Assembly (NCBI GenBank): GCA_013626165.1
Contig: NDHX01000007.1
Span: 6,560 to 70,559 of the forward strand
From: Candidatus Velesiimonas alkalicola
GTDB lineage: Bacteria; Omnitrophota; Gorgyraeia; Velesiimonadales; Velesiimonadaceae
DNA length: 64,000 nucleotides
Reading direction: 5' to 3'
Positions 1 to 10,162 of the stretch are shown here, piece by piece (the first letter of the stretch is position 1; each line of letters opens with the position of its first letter). A program made the position numbers and the translations under genes. A model generated the notes under the pieces. The model was given only the letters and a program-made list of their open reading frames with translations. It was not told where the DNA came from and made no database searches.

Positions 1-77
1 CAATCCTCTCTTTTAATTCATCTTCACATATAATCTGAGAAACGCCTTTTTTTATTCTGTTTATTTGAAAATCTACA

Positions 78-917
78 TCATTCATTTTTTCTTACTCCCC
101 AGTAAAGTTTTTCTTTTAACATCTGGAAATATGTTCTTTTTTCCGACATAACAAGGTTTATCTTTATATTTGAGTATTTTATGTTCATTCTGTCACTGGA
201 TTTCATAGCAAATCCTTCCTGCCCGTCAATCATCAGTGCAACATTTTTTGCCTCTGAGTTCTCATCTATTTTTACAGAAATGGCTTTCTCTTCTGGTAAA
301 ACAATTGACCTGTTACTTAATATATGCGGACAGATAGGTGTGATAACAAAACCTCTTACACCGGGATGGATAATAGGACCGTTTGCTGAAAGAGAATGTG
401 CTGTTGAACCGGTAGGGGTTGAAACAATAAGACCGTCACAGATGTACGAAACAACCTCCTCACACCTGGTAAAAACAGTTAATGAAAGTATTCTTGATGT
501 TGCTCCTCTCTGGATAACTGCATCATTTATGAAATAGGACTTAAAAATTTCCTTATTTTCCCTATGGAGCGTAGATATAAAAATTTTTCTTACAGAAAAT
601 TTTGCCTTATCGGATTTAAGATTTTTTAAGGTTTCAAATATTTCATTCTGTTTTATCTCTGTAAGAAAACCTAAGCCCCCTATGTTTATACCCAGAACAG
701 ATGTTCCTGTTTTTCTTATCTGTCTTGCAATATTAATAAGTGTGCCATCGCCGCCGATTGCAATAATTGTATCTGCCCACTGTGCAATATCCGATCTTAT
801 AAAATCCAGATCTGTTCTTACAGAAAGGCTATTTTTATTACACCAGTTTATAACCGATTTATATATTTTTTTTGCGGATTTTTTATTTTGATTTACAACA
901 ATTCCTACTTTTTTCAT
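78..917 (-). CDS. nadK: NAD+ kinase
   Basis: GGDGT motif (IIAIGGDGTLI), typical NAD kinase length and C-terminal beta domain; operon-coupled to dxs. Confidence 0.9.
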   Translation of the reverse strand: MKKVGIVVNQNKKSAKKIYKSVINWCNKNSLSVRTDLDFIRSDIAQWADTIIAIGGDGTLINIARQIRKTGTSVLGINIGGLGFLTEIKQNEIFETLKNLKSDKAKFSVRKIFISTLHRENKEIFKSYFINDAVIQRGATSRILSLTVFTRCEEVVSYICDGLIVSTPTGSTAHSLSANGPIIHPGVRGFVITPICPHILSNRSIVLPEEKAISVKIDENSEAKNVALMIDGQEGFAMKSSDRMNIKYSNIKINLVMSEKRTYFQMLKEKLYWGVRKNE

Positions 918-2755
918 AACATTTTTATAGCCTCACTAACTATTCCTTCAACACTTATGCCTATTTTTTTAAGAATATCTTCCCTTTTCCCGTGCTGTAT
1001 ATGCCCCGGAACACCGATAATCTTAACATCAGCACCTGTATCAGATATTGCCTCAAGGATAGAACTTCCAGCCCCACCTTTTATAATACCATCTTCAACA
1101 ATCAAGATTTTTTTCAATTTTCTTGCAATATCTCTTAAAGCCTCCTTATCAAGGGGGCAGATAAATCTTAAGTTCAAAACAAGTGAAGATATATTCTTTT
1201 GTTCCAATATACTGTGTGCCTCTGTGCACATCTGTGTGGTAGGGCCAACACCGATAAGAGCAATATCTTTCCCGTCGGATATAAATTCAAGTCTACCTTT
1301 TTCTATCTTTAGACAGTCCCCATGGATTGAGGTTGGTGCTTTGGGAAACCTTATCGCAACAGGCTCGCCTAACGATAATGCAAAACAAAACATATTAACC
1401 AACTCAGGACCATCCTTGGGAGCAAGAAGGTTAAGGTGTGGAATATTTCTTAAATATGCAATATCAAAAATGCCCTGATGTGTCGGACCATCATCTGAGA
1501 CAATACCGGCTCTATCAATGATAAATATTACAGGAAGTCTTTGAATTGATATATCATGTATTATCTGGTCGTAGGCTCTTTGAAGAAATGTTGAATATAT
1601 TGCAATAACCGGCTTAAAACCATTCTTTGCAAGACCTGCGGCAAACCCAACAGCATGTCCTTCTGCTATACCAACATCAAAAAATCTTTCAGGATAAAGA
1701 AGAGAAAATTGTTTTGTTCCTGTGCCTTCTGGCATAGCAGCAGATATTGCAACAATTTTTTTATCCTTTTCTGCCTCTCGGACAAGTGCGCCTGAAAATA
1801 CATCTGTAAACTGTATATTTTTAAGGTGGGTTGGCTCTCCTGTCTGAACTGAAAAAGCAGGTGCACTGTGAAACTTTTCCGGATTATCTTCGGCAAATTT
1901 ATAACCTTTCCCCTTTTTTGTAAGACAGTGGATAAATACAGGGCCTTTTATGATCTTTACTCTTTCAAAGGTAGTTTTTAGCAATTCGATATTATGTCCG
2001 TCAACAGGACCTATGTACCTGAAACCCAACTCTTCAAAAATAAGACCCGGAACAAGAAGTGAATAAAGGTTTTTTTCAAGTTTTAAAGCAGCCCTGTATG
2101 CCCTGAAACCCCATCTTGGAATACGCTTTAAAAGATTTTGTATATCTAACCTTGTCTTATTAAGTGTGGGGTTTGTTACAATATTTACAAGATATTTGCT
2201 TAATGCCCCTACACTTGCCGAGATAGACCTTTCATTATCATTTAAGACCACAATTATATCTTTCCCTGCCTGACCTGCATAGTTTAACGCCTCAAATGCC
2301 ATACCACAGGCAAGAGAAGCATCTCCAATCACACACATAATCTTGTTATCTTCTTTTTTTAGGTCCCTTGCAAATGCAAGACCAAGTGCCCAGGATATAG
2401 ATGTAGCACTATGCCCTGTTATAAATAAATCATATGCGCTTTCATCAGAAGAAGGAAAACCGCTTATTCCGCCTTCTTTTCTTAATGTATGAAAATTATT
2501 GCACCTGCCTGTAAGTATCTTATGTGTATATACCTGATGTCCTACATCCCATATGATCATATCCCTTGGAGCATCAAAAACACTATGCAGTGCAACTGTA
2601 AGTTCCACCACTCCTAAATTTGGGGCAAGATGTCCGCCATTTTTTGAAACAACATCAATGATACACTCTCTTATCTCTAAACAAACATTGTTTAATTCTT
2701 TTATAGAAAGTCCTTTTAGGTCTGATGGGGATTTGATACGGGGAAGAATTTTCAT
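914..2755 (-). CDS. dxs: 1-deoxy-D-xylulose-5-phosphate synthase
   Basis: 613 aa; N-terminal DXS signature (GGHLAPNLGVVELTVALH, DVGHQ), TPP-binding GDG, transketolase-like domains. Confidence 0.95.
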   Translation of the reverse strand: MKILPRIKSPSDLKGLSIKELNNVCLEIRECIIDVVSKNGGHLAPNLGVVELTVALHSVFDAPRDMIIWDVGHQVYTHKILTGRCNNFHTLRKEGGISGFPSSDESAYDLFITGHSATSISWALGLAFARDLKKEDNKIMCVIGDASLACGMAFEALNYAGQAGKDIIVVLNDNERSISASVGALSKYLVNIVTNPTLNKTRLDIQNLLKRIPRWGFRAYRAALKLEKNLYSLLVPGLIFEELGFRYIGPVDGHNIELLKTTFERVKIIKGPVFIHCLTKKGKGYKFAEDNPEKFHSAPAFSVQTGEPTHLKNIQFTDVFSGALVREAEKDKKIVAISAAMPEGTGTKQFSLLYPERFFDVGIAEGHAVGFAAGLAKNGFKPVIAIYSTFLQRAYDQIIHDISIQRLPVIFIIDRAGIVSDDGPTHQGIFDIAYLRNIPHLNLLAPKDGPELVNMFCFALSLGEPVAIRFPKAPTSIHGDCLKIEKGRLEFISDGKDIALIGVGPTTQMCTEAHSILEQKNISSLVLNLRFICPLDKEALRDIARKLKKILIVEDGIIKGGAGSSILEAISDTGADVKIIGVPGHIQHGKREDILKKIGISVEGIVSEAIKML

Positions 2756-3612
2756 TGTTTAAGACCGTCAGTAAGCCATTGAATAAATTCTAAAAGAATA
2801 TCTTCTTTTAATCCTTTATTTTTTATTGACTTTGTAGCACACTCACTTTCTTTTTCTACTTTCTTATATGCATTACTTAAACCGACAACCTGCACATATC
2901 CCTGTTTATCAATAATATCATCAACTATCTGGAACATATAACCTAAATGTATCCCAAAATTTCTAAGACAATTTGTTTTTTTATTCCCCGCCCCTGACAC
3001 AATTGCCCCGCACATAGCAGAGGCTGTAATAAGAGCACCTGTTTTTAAGGTGTTTATATATTCAAGCGTAGGAATATCTAAAGAAAGCATACCTTTCTGT
3101 ACTTGCATATCAACTGTCTGTCCTTCAACCATACCCTGATGTCCACAAAATCTCGAAATCTCCCTAACAAGTTCTGTCCCATATTTTTTATTCATCGCAA
3201 CACACTTAAACCCAAGAGTAAGAAGAGCATCTCCTGCAAGGATTGCAACATCTTCCCCAAATTTTGCAAAACAGGAAAGCCTTCCTCTTCTAAATTTGGA
3301 ATTATCCATCGCAGGAAGGTCATCATGAACCAGTGAATAACAATGTATAATCTCAATACCTGCTGCAACTGAAATAGCACTATGAATATTCCCGCCGCAG
3401 GATTCTGATGCAGCAATAGTTAACAGGGGCCTAAACCTTTTTCCACCAGGAAATACAGAATAATACATAGCCTTATGCAATACAGAAGACCTGCCTTTTG
3501 GGTTTGGCAAAACACCTTTAAGAAAGGTATCAATATCCTGTTTTCTATTATTTAGATAATTTTTAAACTGTTTTTCCAATGTTTTTTGTTTTTCTCGGCA
3601 GATCCGTTTCAA
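2752..3612 (-). CDS. ispA: polyprenyl diphosphate synthase (farnesyl/geranylgeranyl diphosphate synthase)
   Basis: First and second aspartate-rich motifs (LVHDDLPAMDN ... DDIID), GGKRFRP motif; start uncertain (overlaps xseB 3' end). Confidence 0.85.
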   Translation of the reverse strand: MKRICREKQKTLEKQFKNYLNNRKQDIDTFLKGVLPNPKGRSSVLHKAMYYSVFPGGKRFRPLLTIAASESCGGNIHSAISVAAGIEIIHCYSLVHDDLPAMDNSKFRRGRLSCFAKFGEDVAILAGDALLTLGFKCVAMNKKYGTELVREISRFCGHQGMVEGQTVDMQVQKGMLSLDIPTLEYINTLKTGALITASAMCGAIVSGAGNKKTNCLRNFGIHLGYMFQIVDDIIDKQGYVQVVGLSNAYKKVEKESECATKSIKNKGLKEDILLEFIQWLTDGLKQ

Positions 3613-3841
3613 GCGGCTTTAATATTAAATTCCCTTGCTCATCTTTTATCAGTTCTTCTACCTTTTTTTCAGCAGTTTGAAGTTTAGATGCAAGATACCG
3701 CGTAAGGGCTATACCTTCTTCATAACATTTCAACGCCTCATCCAAAGGAATATTTCCCTGTTCAAGCACACCTACAATTTTTTCAAGCCTTTGCAAGGCA
3801 TCCTCAAACTTTAACTGTAAAATCTGTTCTTTTTTATCCAT
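3563..3841 (-). CDS. xseB: exodeoxyribonuclease VII small subunit
   Basis: 92 aa coiled-coil protein, FEDALQRLEKIV...LDEALKCYEEG matches XseB family pattern; sits beside xseA and ispA as in many bacteria. Confidence 0.85.
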   Translation of the reverse strand: MDKKEQILQLKFEDALQRLEKIVGVLEQGNIPLDEALKCYEEGIALTRYLASKLQTAEKKVEELIKDEQGNLILKPLETDLPRKTKNIGKTV

Positions 3842-3964
3842 CTAAACCCTCTCTACAATAGATAAGGCTTACTGAAAGCCTTGATTACACAGATTTTTGA
3901 AAGATTACACCGATTTTGTCGTCGGGTTTTAATCTGTGTAATCTGCTTTTTAATCTGTGGAATC

Positions 3965-3993
3965 AGGGTCTGATGAGTTTTTCAGCAGACCCT
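3965..3993 (-). terminator. recurrent 3'-end hairpin element (copy overlapping the xseA stop codon)
   Basis: agggtctgatgagtttttcagcagaccct is the reverse complement of the 60317-60345 element. Confidence 0.45.
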
Positions 3994-5214
3994 AGATAGG
4001 AATTCTCCTTTTAATATCTTTGTTTTAATAACCTGTCCTTTTTTAACATCTTTGGTATCCCTTATTATGTTATCACTTTTTTCATCAAATGTAATACTGT
4101 ACCCCCTTTCTAAAACCGAAAGAGGACTAAGGGCATTAAGTCTTCCAGCAAACTTTGCCAGTTCAGAATTGTATATCTGCAAGATATGTTTAAAAGAAAG
4201 ATTAAGCCTGTTTAAAAACTCATCTATCCTCTGTTTCTGTTCATCAAATATAAACTTAGGCTCTCTGATACACCTTTTTTGAGAAAGATTTTTTAGTTTT
4301 TCTTTTAAGGAAGAAATAAAACCAAGAACAGTTAATTGAAGTCTTTTTCTTAAATGGAAGATATTGTTTTCAAGGTCATCCTTGTTTGGCATAACAAGTT
4401 CTGCGGCAGCCGAAGGAGTAGGGGCTCTTAGATCTGCAACAAAGTCTGATATTGTCCAGTCCACCTCATGGCCGACCGCACTGATAACAGGTATCTTTGA
4501 ATGATATACCGCCCTTGCTACACACTCTTCATTAAATGCCCAGAGGTCTTCCAGGCTTCCTCCTCCTCTTCCTACAATTATACAATCAACACATTTAAAA
4601 CTATTGAAATCTTCTATCCCGCTTACAACTTCTTGCGCGGCACCTTCACCCTGAACCTTAACGGAACGCAGTATAATCTCAACCCCTGTCCATCTTCTTT
4701 TCATAATATTTATTATATCATGAAATGCCGCACCGTCTTTTGAGGTCACCACACCTACACGACGGGGAAAAAATGGGATCTGTCTTTTTCTTGATTGTTC
4801 AAACAGTCCTTCTTTCCTTAATTTTTCTTTTAACTTTTCAAATGCAATCTGAAGAGCACCAATCCCCTTTGGCTCAAGATGCTGGGCATATATCTGATAC
4901 TGTCCTGATTTTTCATACACACTGATTCTTCCGCACACTATAACTCTTAGACCATTTTCAATCTCAAATTTTAAATTATTTTTTTCGGTCTTAAATATAA
5001 CAACTTTCACTTGTGCATTTTCATCCTTTAATGTAAAATATATATGTCCGAGTGATGAGCAGATTAAATTTGACACCTCGCCATCAACCCAGATAAGAGG
5101 ATATGCTGTCTGGAGAAGGTCTTTTATTTCTCTGGTAAGCTCACCTACGGTATAAATACGGGCTCGCCCAACGACGGAGTTTTCAAAAGGAACATTACCG
5201 AATAAATCATTCAT
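3982..5214 (-). CDS. xseA: exodeoxyribonuclease VII large subunit
   Basis: 410 aa; N-terminal OB-fold, conserved XseA core (GRGGGSLEDLWAFNEE), C-terminal coiled region. Confidence 0.9.
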   Translation of the reverse strand: MNDLFGNVPFENSVVGRARIYTVGELTREIKDLLQTAYPLIWVDGEVSNLICSSLGHIYFTLKDENAQVKVVIFKTEKNNLKFEIENGLRVIVCGRISVYEKSGQYQIYAQHLEPKGIGALQIAFEKLKEKLRKEGLFEQSRKRQIPFFPRRVGVVTSKDGAAFHDIINIMKRRWTGVEIILRSVKVQGEGAAQEVVSGIEDFNSFKCVDCIIVGRGGGSLEDLWAFNEECVARAVYHSKIPVISAVGHEVDWTISDFVADLRAPTPSAAAELVMPNKDDLENNIFHLRKRLQLTVLGFISSLKEKLKNLSQKRCIREPKFIFDEQKQRIDEFLNRLNLSFKHILQIYNSELAKFAGRLNALSPLSVLERGYSITFDEKSDNIIRDTKDVKKGQVIKTKILKGEFLSRVC

Positions 5215-5248
5215 ATATTGGCACCTTACACATTGATACCTCTATGAC

Positions 5249-6556
5249 TTAAATAATACGCACCGCTACACCTTTTTCCCTAACGAGTTTTTGAAAATAT
5301 CTTTTTAAGTACTGCAAATAATTGGAAGGTATTTTTACCCTTGTATCCATATCCAACTTAATTTTTATACCGGGCTTTCCGATATCTACCTGCCTTACAT
5401 CTTTAATAAATATCCTCTGTGTATTAACAACAGGAGGCGGCCTTCTTGACACTATAACTTTTAATGTCCGCCGTAACTTTTCCTGGTCAAGCCTTAAAAA
5501 CAAAGAGTCATACGCATGTAATATCTTATCAATTGCAGAATCTATATTCCACCTTTGTTTTGCAGATATAAACAAAACAGGAATGAAATCTATAAAGGGT
5601 GCCTTTTTGCGGATACTATTTTCATATTCAGACTTTTTTATATCTTTTATAATATCCCATTTATTTACACATATGACAAGGGGCTTATACTGTTCACAGA
5701 CAAGATTTATTATATGCAGTTCTTCTGATGCAAGTCCTCTTAATGCATCAAGTATTAAGATAACTGCACCTGCTTTTTTTATATTATCCTTTGTTCTGAT
5801 TATACTGAAAAGGTCGGCAGATTCTTTTAACTTTGATATTTTTCTTATACCAGCGGTATCAACCAGTACTATCTGTTTGTTCTTATACTCAAAACTTATA
5901 TCAACACTGTCGCGGGTAGTACCCGGTGTGTGATGAACAAGAACCCTTTCTTCATTAAGAAGCGCGTTTACAAAAGATGACTTTCCCACATTAGGTGTAC
6001 CTACTATTGCAATGTGAATTATATTTCTTTGTTCTTTTGATTTTATATATCTGTTAAAACTTACTATCTTATCAAGAAGTTCTCCTGTTCCCAGCCCATG
6101 TGTTGCAGAAACAGGAAATACATCAATACCGAACTTATAAAAATCAGAAAGTAGTGTTTCTTTTTCCAGTGTATCAATTTTATTGACAACAAGGAGTATT
6201 TTCTTACCTGTTTTTCTTAAATTATCCAAAATCTTTTCATCTACTACCGTGAACCCCTGCTGACCGTCACACAGAAACACAATCAAGTTTGCTTCTTTTA
6301 TTGCAAAGTCTGTTTGTTTTTCAACCGCTTTATAAATCTGGTCAGTAGTGGTTTCAGTCCCTATGCCACCCGTATCAACAACACGAAACCAACACCCACT
6401 CCACTGAATATCTGCATAAAGTCTATCTCTGGTAACACCCGGGAGGGAATGAACTATGGCTTTTCTTCTGCCAATTATTCTATTAAAAAGGGTTGACTTT
6501 CCTACATTTTGTTTTCCTATAATTGCAACCACTGGAATATTTTTTTCACCTGCCAT
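5249..6556 (-). CDS. der: ribosome-associated GTPase Der (EngA)
   Basis: Two tandem GTPase domains each with a P-loop (GKQNVGKST; GTPNVGKSS), C-terminal KH-like domain. Confidence 0.95.
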   Translation of the reverse strand: MAGEKNIPVVAIIGKQNVGKSTLFNRIIGRRKAIVHSLPGVTRDRLYADIQWSGCWFRVVDTGGIGTETTTDQIYKAVEKQTDFAIKEANLIVFLCDGQQGFTVVDEKILDNLRKTGKKILLVVNKIDTLEKETLLSDFYKFGIDVFPVSATHGLGTGELLDKIVSFNRYIKSKEQRNIIHIAIVGTPNVGKSSFVNALLNEERVLVHHTPGTTRDSVDISFEYKNKQIVLVDTAGIRKISKLKESADLFSIIRTKDNIKKAGAVILILDALRGLASEELHIINLVCEQYKPLVICVNKWDIIKDIKKSEYENSIRKKAPFIDFIPVLFISAKQRWNIDSAIDKILHAYDSLFLRLDQEKLRRTLKVIVSRRPPPVVNTQRIFIKDVRQVDIGKPGIKIKLDMDTRVKIPSNYLQYLKRYFQKLVREKGVAVRII

Positions 6557-7109
6557 ATTTACCAGATTTTCTTGTTAAAAAATAAAATCCTCTTATTAAA
6601 TAATCAAATCCCGATATGATTGTCCATATTGTCGCTACCTTCCATCCTAAAGGAGAAAGGCCTGATCCAAGAAGCACAAGCCCGACCGACAACACTTGCA
6701 AAAATGTACAAATCTTTCCTATAACAGTCGGTTTTATTTCAAATCTATGTTTCAACTTGATAAAGATAAAAATACCCGTTATAAGAATAATATCCCTGCT
6801 TACAACTACCGCAGGCACATAAAGGGGAAAACTAAATGGAGAGATTTTTGTAAAAGAATTTGGAATGGAAAGACTTATAAATGCTGCATTAAGTAAAATT
6901 TTATCTGCAAGAGGGTCCAGGATTGCTCCAAGGGGTGTTTTCTGTCTGAAAAGTAAGGCAATTGCTCCATCTAATACATCAGTAAAAGAGGCAACACAGA
7001 ATATCAAAAACGGTGTTGCCTCCCAGATTTTATCGTAATAGACAAGAGAAAGCACAAACAATGGAACACAAAAAATACGAAATACAGTTAATACATTTGA
7101 CACACCCAT
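6546..7109 (-). CDS. pgsA: CDP-alcohol phosphatidyltransferase (CDP-diacylglycerol--glycerol-3-phosphate 3-phosphatidyltransferase-like)
   Basis: Polytopic membrane protein with the CDP-OH_P_transf signature DVLDG...A...G...DPLADK. Confidence 0.8.
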   Translation of the reverse strand: MGVSNVLTVFRIFCVPLFVLSLVYYDKIWEATPFLIFCVASFTDVLDGAIALLFRQKTPLGAILDPLADKILLNAAFISLSIPNSFTKISPFSFPLYVPAVVVSRDIILITGIFIFIKLKHRFEIKPTVIGKICTFLQVLSVGLVLLGSGLSPLGWKVATIWTIISGFDYLIRGFYFLTRKSGKYGR

Positions 7110-7230
7110 CTTTTACCGTATTCTACATTTTTGTCTGGATTTACACAGATATTCTTTTAGTTTTTTAATATTGGGGTTCTCAATTGGCTTATATTTTTAT
7201 CCCGTTAAAAATCTATTTCTTAAACGGGAT

Positions 7231-7674
7231 CTACTTCCTTAATTTCAGTTCTGTTCCATCTGATGGGCAAAACCTTGTGCGTAACGGATACTGTGCTCCA
7301 CAAACATGACAAAACATTGGGGTATCCTGCTGTGGTGATAGCTGTGCGGGTTGTTGCTGCACTGTTTCACCCTTCCATTTTAAGGGTGTTCCATCTATAG
7401 GGCACACATTTACACCTGCGGTATAGCCTTTCCCACAGGTTGGGCAGAATTTTCTCTCCATCTGCTCACCAATCAATGCTCCTGCTAATCCACCAACACC
7501 TGCCCCTATAAGAGCACCTTCTTTAGCCCTGTCCCTCTGATGCCCTATTATTGCTCCAGCACCTGCTCCAAGAGCACCACCTCCAATGGCACCTTTCTGT
7601 GTTGTCGTGCAACCTGAAATAAACATAACCCCTGCACTAATACAACATATACCTATTACCAATTTTTTATTCAT
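7231..7674 (-). CDS. lipoprotein with glycine-zipper segment and tandem zinc-ribbon modules (hypothetical)
   Basis: Start moved to MNKK (AGGAGG Shine-Dalgarno 5 nt upstream); lipobox FISGC; G-rich GxxxG run; two repeats of CxxCG-x8-CP-x-DGT-x-LK. Confidence 0.5.
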   Translation of the reverse strand: MNKKLVIGICCISAGVMFISGCTTTQKGAIGGGALGAGAGAIIGHQRDRAKEGALIGAGVGGLAGALIGEQMERKFCPTCGKGYTAGVNVCPIDGTPLKWKGETVQQQPAQLSPQQDTPMFCHVCGAQYPLRTRFCPSDGTELKLRK

Positions 7675-7782
7675 AACTACCTCCTGTTTGCCAGTGCACC
7701 AGTGCACCAGACTATAATTTATTATAATATTAAACCTGGAAAATTCAATTGAAAAAAAAAACAGATATGATAGAGTATTTAC

Positions 7783-8565
7783 ATGGTTGATATAATTAAG
7801 TTAAGATTAAGAAATATAGATAGAAAAATATGCTGTCTTACAAACGGACTACAGGACTTAAAGCCTGGTAGACAGGTTGTAATACAGGATGAAGGATGTT
7901 TTGAGCATGGGAGCATTCTTTCTTATCCTGAAAAAATGTATTCTGAAAAAGGAAAGATCACAAAAAAGGTTATCAGACTCCTTACAGAAAAAGATAAAAT
8001 CCAGATTGAAGAAAATTCAAAGAAAGCACAAACCGCATTCTTGACCTGCAAGGCTAAAATAGAAGAGATGAAAATGAATATGAAACTTATACATTCGGAG
8101 TACTCTCTTGACAGAACAAAACTTGCATTTTATTTTAAGAGTGAAAAAAGGATAGATTTCAGGGAACTTGTCCAAGAACTAAGCACTATGTTTAAAGCAA
8201 AGATAGAACTCAGACAGATAGGGGTAAGAGACGAGGCTACCATATACGGTGGTTGTGGAAAATGCGGAAGAGAACTTTGTTGTGCAACATTTTTAAAAGA
8301 CATTGAGTCTGTAACAATGCGGTTGGCAAGGGACCAGAACCTGCCGCTTAATCCTTCGAAAATATCGGGTATATGTGGCAAACTGATGTGTTGTTTGGAA
8401 TATGAACATGATGTATATTGTGAACTTTTAAAAGGACTTCCGCATCAGGGTGATATTATAAAAACAAACGAGGGTGAAGGGAAGGTTGTGCAGGTTGATA
8501 TATTGAAAAGAACAGTGAATGTCTTATTGCAGGATGAAAGACAGATAAATGTAGTATACAGGTGA
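7783..8565 (+). CDS. PSP1 C-terminal domain protein (RicT/YaaT-like)
   Basis: 260 aa; Cys cluster GGCGKCGRELCC and PSP1-type domain layout. Confidence 0.75.
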   Translation: MVDIIKLRLRNIDRKICCLTNGLQDLKPGRQVVIQDEGCFEHGSILSYPEKMYSEKGKITKKVIRLLTEKDKIQIEENSKKAQTAFLTCKAKIEEMKMNMKLIHSEYSLDRTKLAFYFKSEKRIDFRELVQELSTMFKAKIELRQIGVRDEATIYGGCGKCGRELCCATFLKDIESVTMRLARDQNLPLNPSKISGICGKLMCCLEYEHDVYCELLKGLPHQGDIIKTNEGEGKVVQVDILKRTVNVLLQDERQINVVYR

Positions 8566-8599
8566 AGAGAGTGCAGGGCAGGGTGAATGGAAGGGAAAG

Positions 8600-10108
8600 A
8601 TGAAAAAGTTTTATGTTACAACCGCTATTGCATATGTAAATGCAGAACCTCATTTAGGTTATGCATATGAGATAATCGCAGCTGATACAATTGCGAGGTA
8701 TTACAGGCAAAGAGGTGTTTCTACATTCTTTTTAACCGGGACAGATGAACACAGCCAGAATGTAGAAAAAAAAGCAAAAGAGAAAAATATCCCCCCTCTT
8801 TTATACTGCAATCATATGGTAGCGTTGTATAAATCAGCATGGGAAACATTCAACATCTCAAATGATGACTTCATTCAAACATCACAACAAAGACATATAA
8901 AAGCAACCCAGATATTTATAGAAAAGCTTTTCAAATCCAAAGATATCTATAAGGGTAAATACAGCGGGTGGTATTGTGTGTCCTGCGAGTCTTTTTTAAG
9001 TGATGCGGATATAATTGAAGGCAATTGTACAGTCCATAAAAAACCAGTTGAGAAATTAGAAGAAGAAAACTATTTTTTCTCTCTTTCAAGATATAATGGA
9101 AAACTCCTGAAATATTTTAATGATAACCCGGAGTTTATAGCGCCTAAACCTAAGTTTAATGAGGTTATGAAAATATTAGAAGGAGGCCTCCAGGACACAA
9201 GCATATCCCGCTCCACAACAGGATGGGGAATCCCCTTCCCCGGGGACTCTTCACATGTTGTATATGTGTGGCTTGATGCACTTATAAACTATCTAAGTGG
9301 AATAGGATATGGCTATGACGAAGAAAAATTTAAAAAATATTGGCCTTCTGATGTTCATATAATAGGTAAGGATATTATAAGATTCCACTGCCTTTTATGG
9401 CCTGCACTGCTGATGTCTGTTGGGCTTGAGACTCCAAAAAAAGTGTTTGTGCATGGATTCTTAAATTTTGGCGGTGAAAAAATGTCTAAAACATCTGGCA
9501 ACATACTTTCACCGCAAGAGGCAGCAAAAACCTTCGGTGTTGACCCATTAAGATATTTTCTATTAAGGGAAATCCCGTTTGGTCTTGACGGAGATTTTTC
9601 CGAAGAATCTTTCTGGAAAAGATATAACAGCGACCTTGCCAACGATTTGGGAAATCTTTTACACAGAACTGTTGCAATGATTGAAAAACATTCTCAGGGC
9701 ATAGTTCCGGAATCGGTCAACAATTGTCATATGAAACAGATAGCCGAGAAACTACCTTCTAAAATAGATGAGCATATAGCAGAGATTGATTTTGGCGCAG
9801 CAATAAAAGATATCTGGGAACTTGTTGAAAGTGCAAACAAATATGTTGAAACAAGCAGACCCTGGGCGCTCTCAAAAGAAGGGAAAAAACAAGAACTTGG
9901 CGCCTGCATGGCAAATCTTGCACAATCTTTGGAGATAATTGCCCTTGCTCTATGTCCTTTTATTCCTGATACATCTAAAAAAATATTTGAACAGATAGGG
10001 CTTAAAGATCTTCCGCAAACCCTGCCAGAACAGTGGAATAGATGGGAGGGAATAAAAGGCAATATAAAAGTAAAGACTGGAAAACCAATATTCCCAAGGA
10101 AAGAGTAG
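8600..10108 (+). CDS. metG: methionyl-tRNA synthetase (short form, no C-terminal tRNA-binding domain)
   Basis: HIGH-class motif PHLGY, KMSKS as KMSKTSGN, class I aminoacyl-tRNA synthetase anticodon-binding helical domain. Confidence 0.95.
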   Translation: MKKFYVTTAIAYVNAEPHLGYAYEIIAADTIARYYRQRGVSTFFLTGTDEHSQNVEKKAKEKNIPPLLYCNHMVALYKSAWETFNISNDDFIQTSQQRHIKATQIFIEKLFKSKDIYKGKYSGWYCVSCESFLSDADIIEGNCTVHKKPVEKLEEENYFFSLSRYNGKLLKYFNDNPEFIAPKPKFNEVMKILEGGLQDTSISRSTTGWGIPFPGDSSHVVYVWLDALINYLSGIGYGYDEEKFKKYWPSDVHIIGKDIIRFHCLLWPALLMSVGLETPKKVFVHGFLNFGGEKMSKTSGNILSPQEAAKTFGVDPLRYFLLREIPFGLDGDFSEESFWKRYNSDLANDLGNLLHRTVAMIEKHSQGIVPESVNNCHMKQIAEKLPSKIDEHIAEIDFGAAIKDIWELVESANKYVETSRPWALSKEGKKQELGACMANLAQSLEIIALALCPFIPDTSKKIFEQIGLKDLPQTLPEQWNRWEGIKGNIKVKTGKPIFPRKE

Positions 10109-10162
10109 GCAACAGGGCAACAGGTGTTTTGGTGCAATGGTGCTCTGAAGGGTGGGTTAATT

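Noticed and set aside
181-537. Antisense or overlapping small ORFs inside well-supported genes
   Set aside because: Examples are 181-537, 682-891, 888-1478, 5322-5933, 13764-14303, 45805-46485 and 44791-45420. They have no recognisable motifs, are fully embedded in strong CDSs on the opposite strand, and have a composition typical of antisense translation.
3965-3993. CUGAUGAG motif suggesting a hammerhead ribozyme
   Set aside because: A hammerhead needs CUGAUGA … GAAA across three stems. Here the sequence is just a simple imperfect hairpin, and the GAAA box is absent in the CUGAUGAG orientation.
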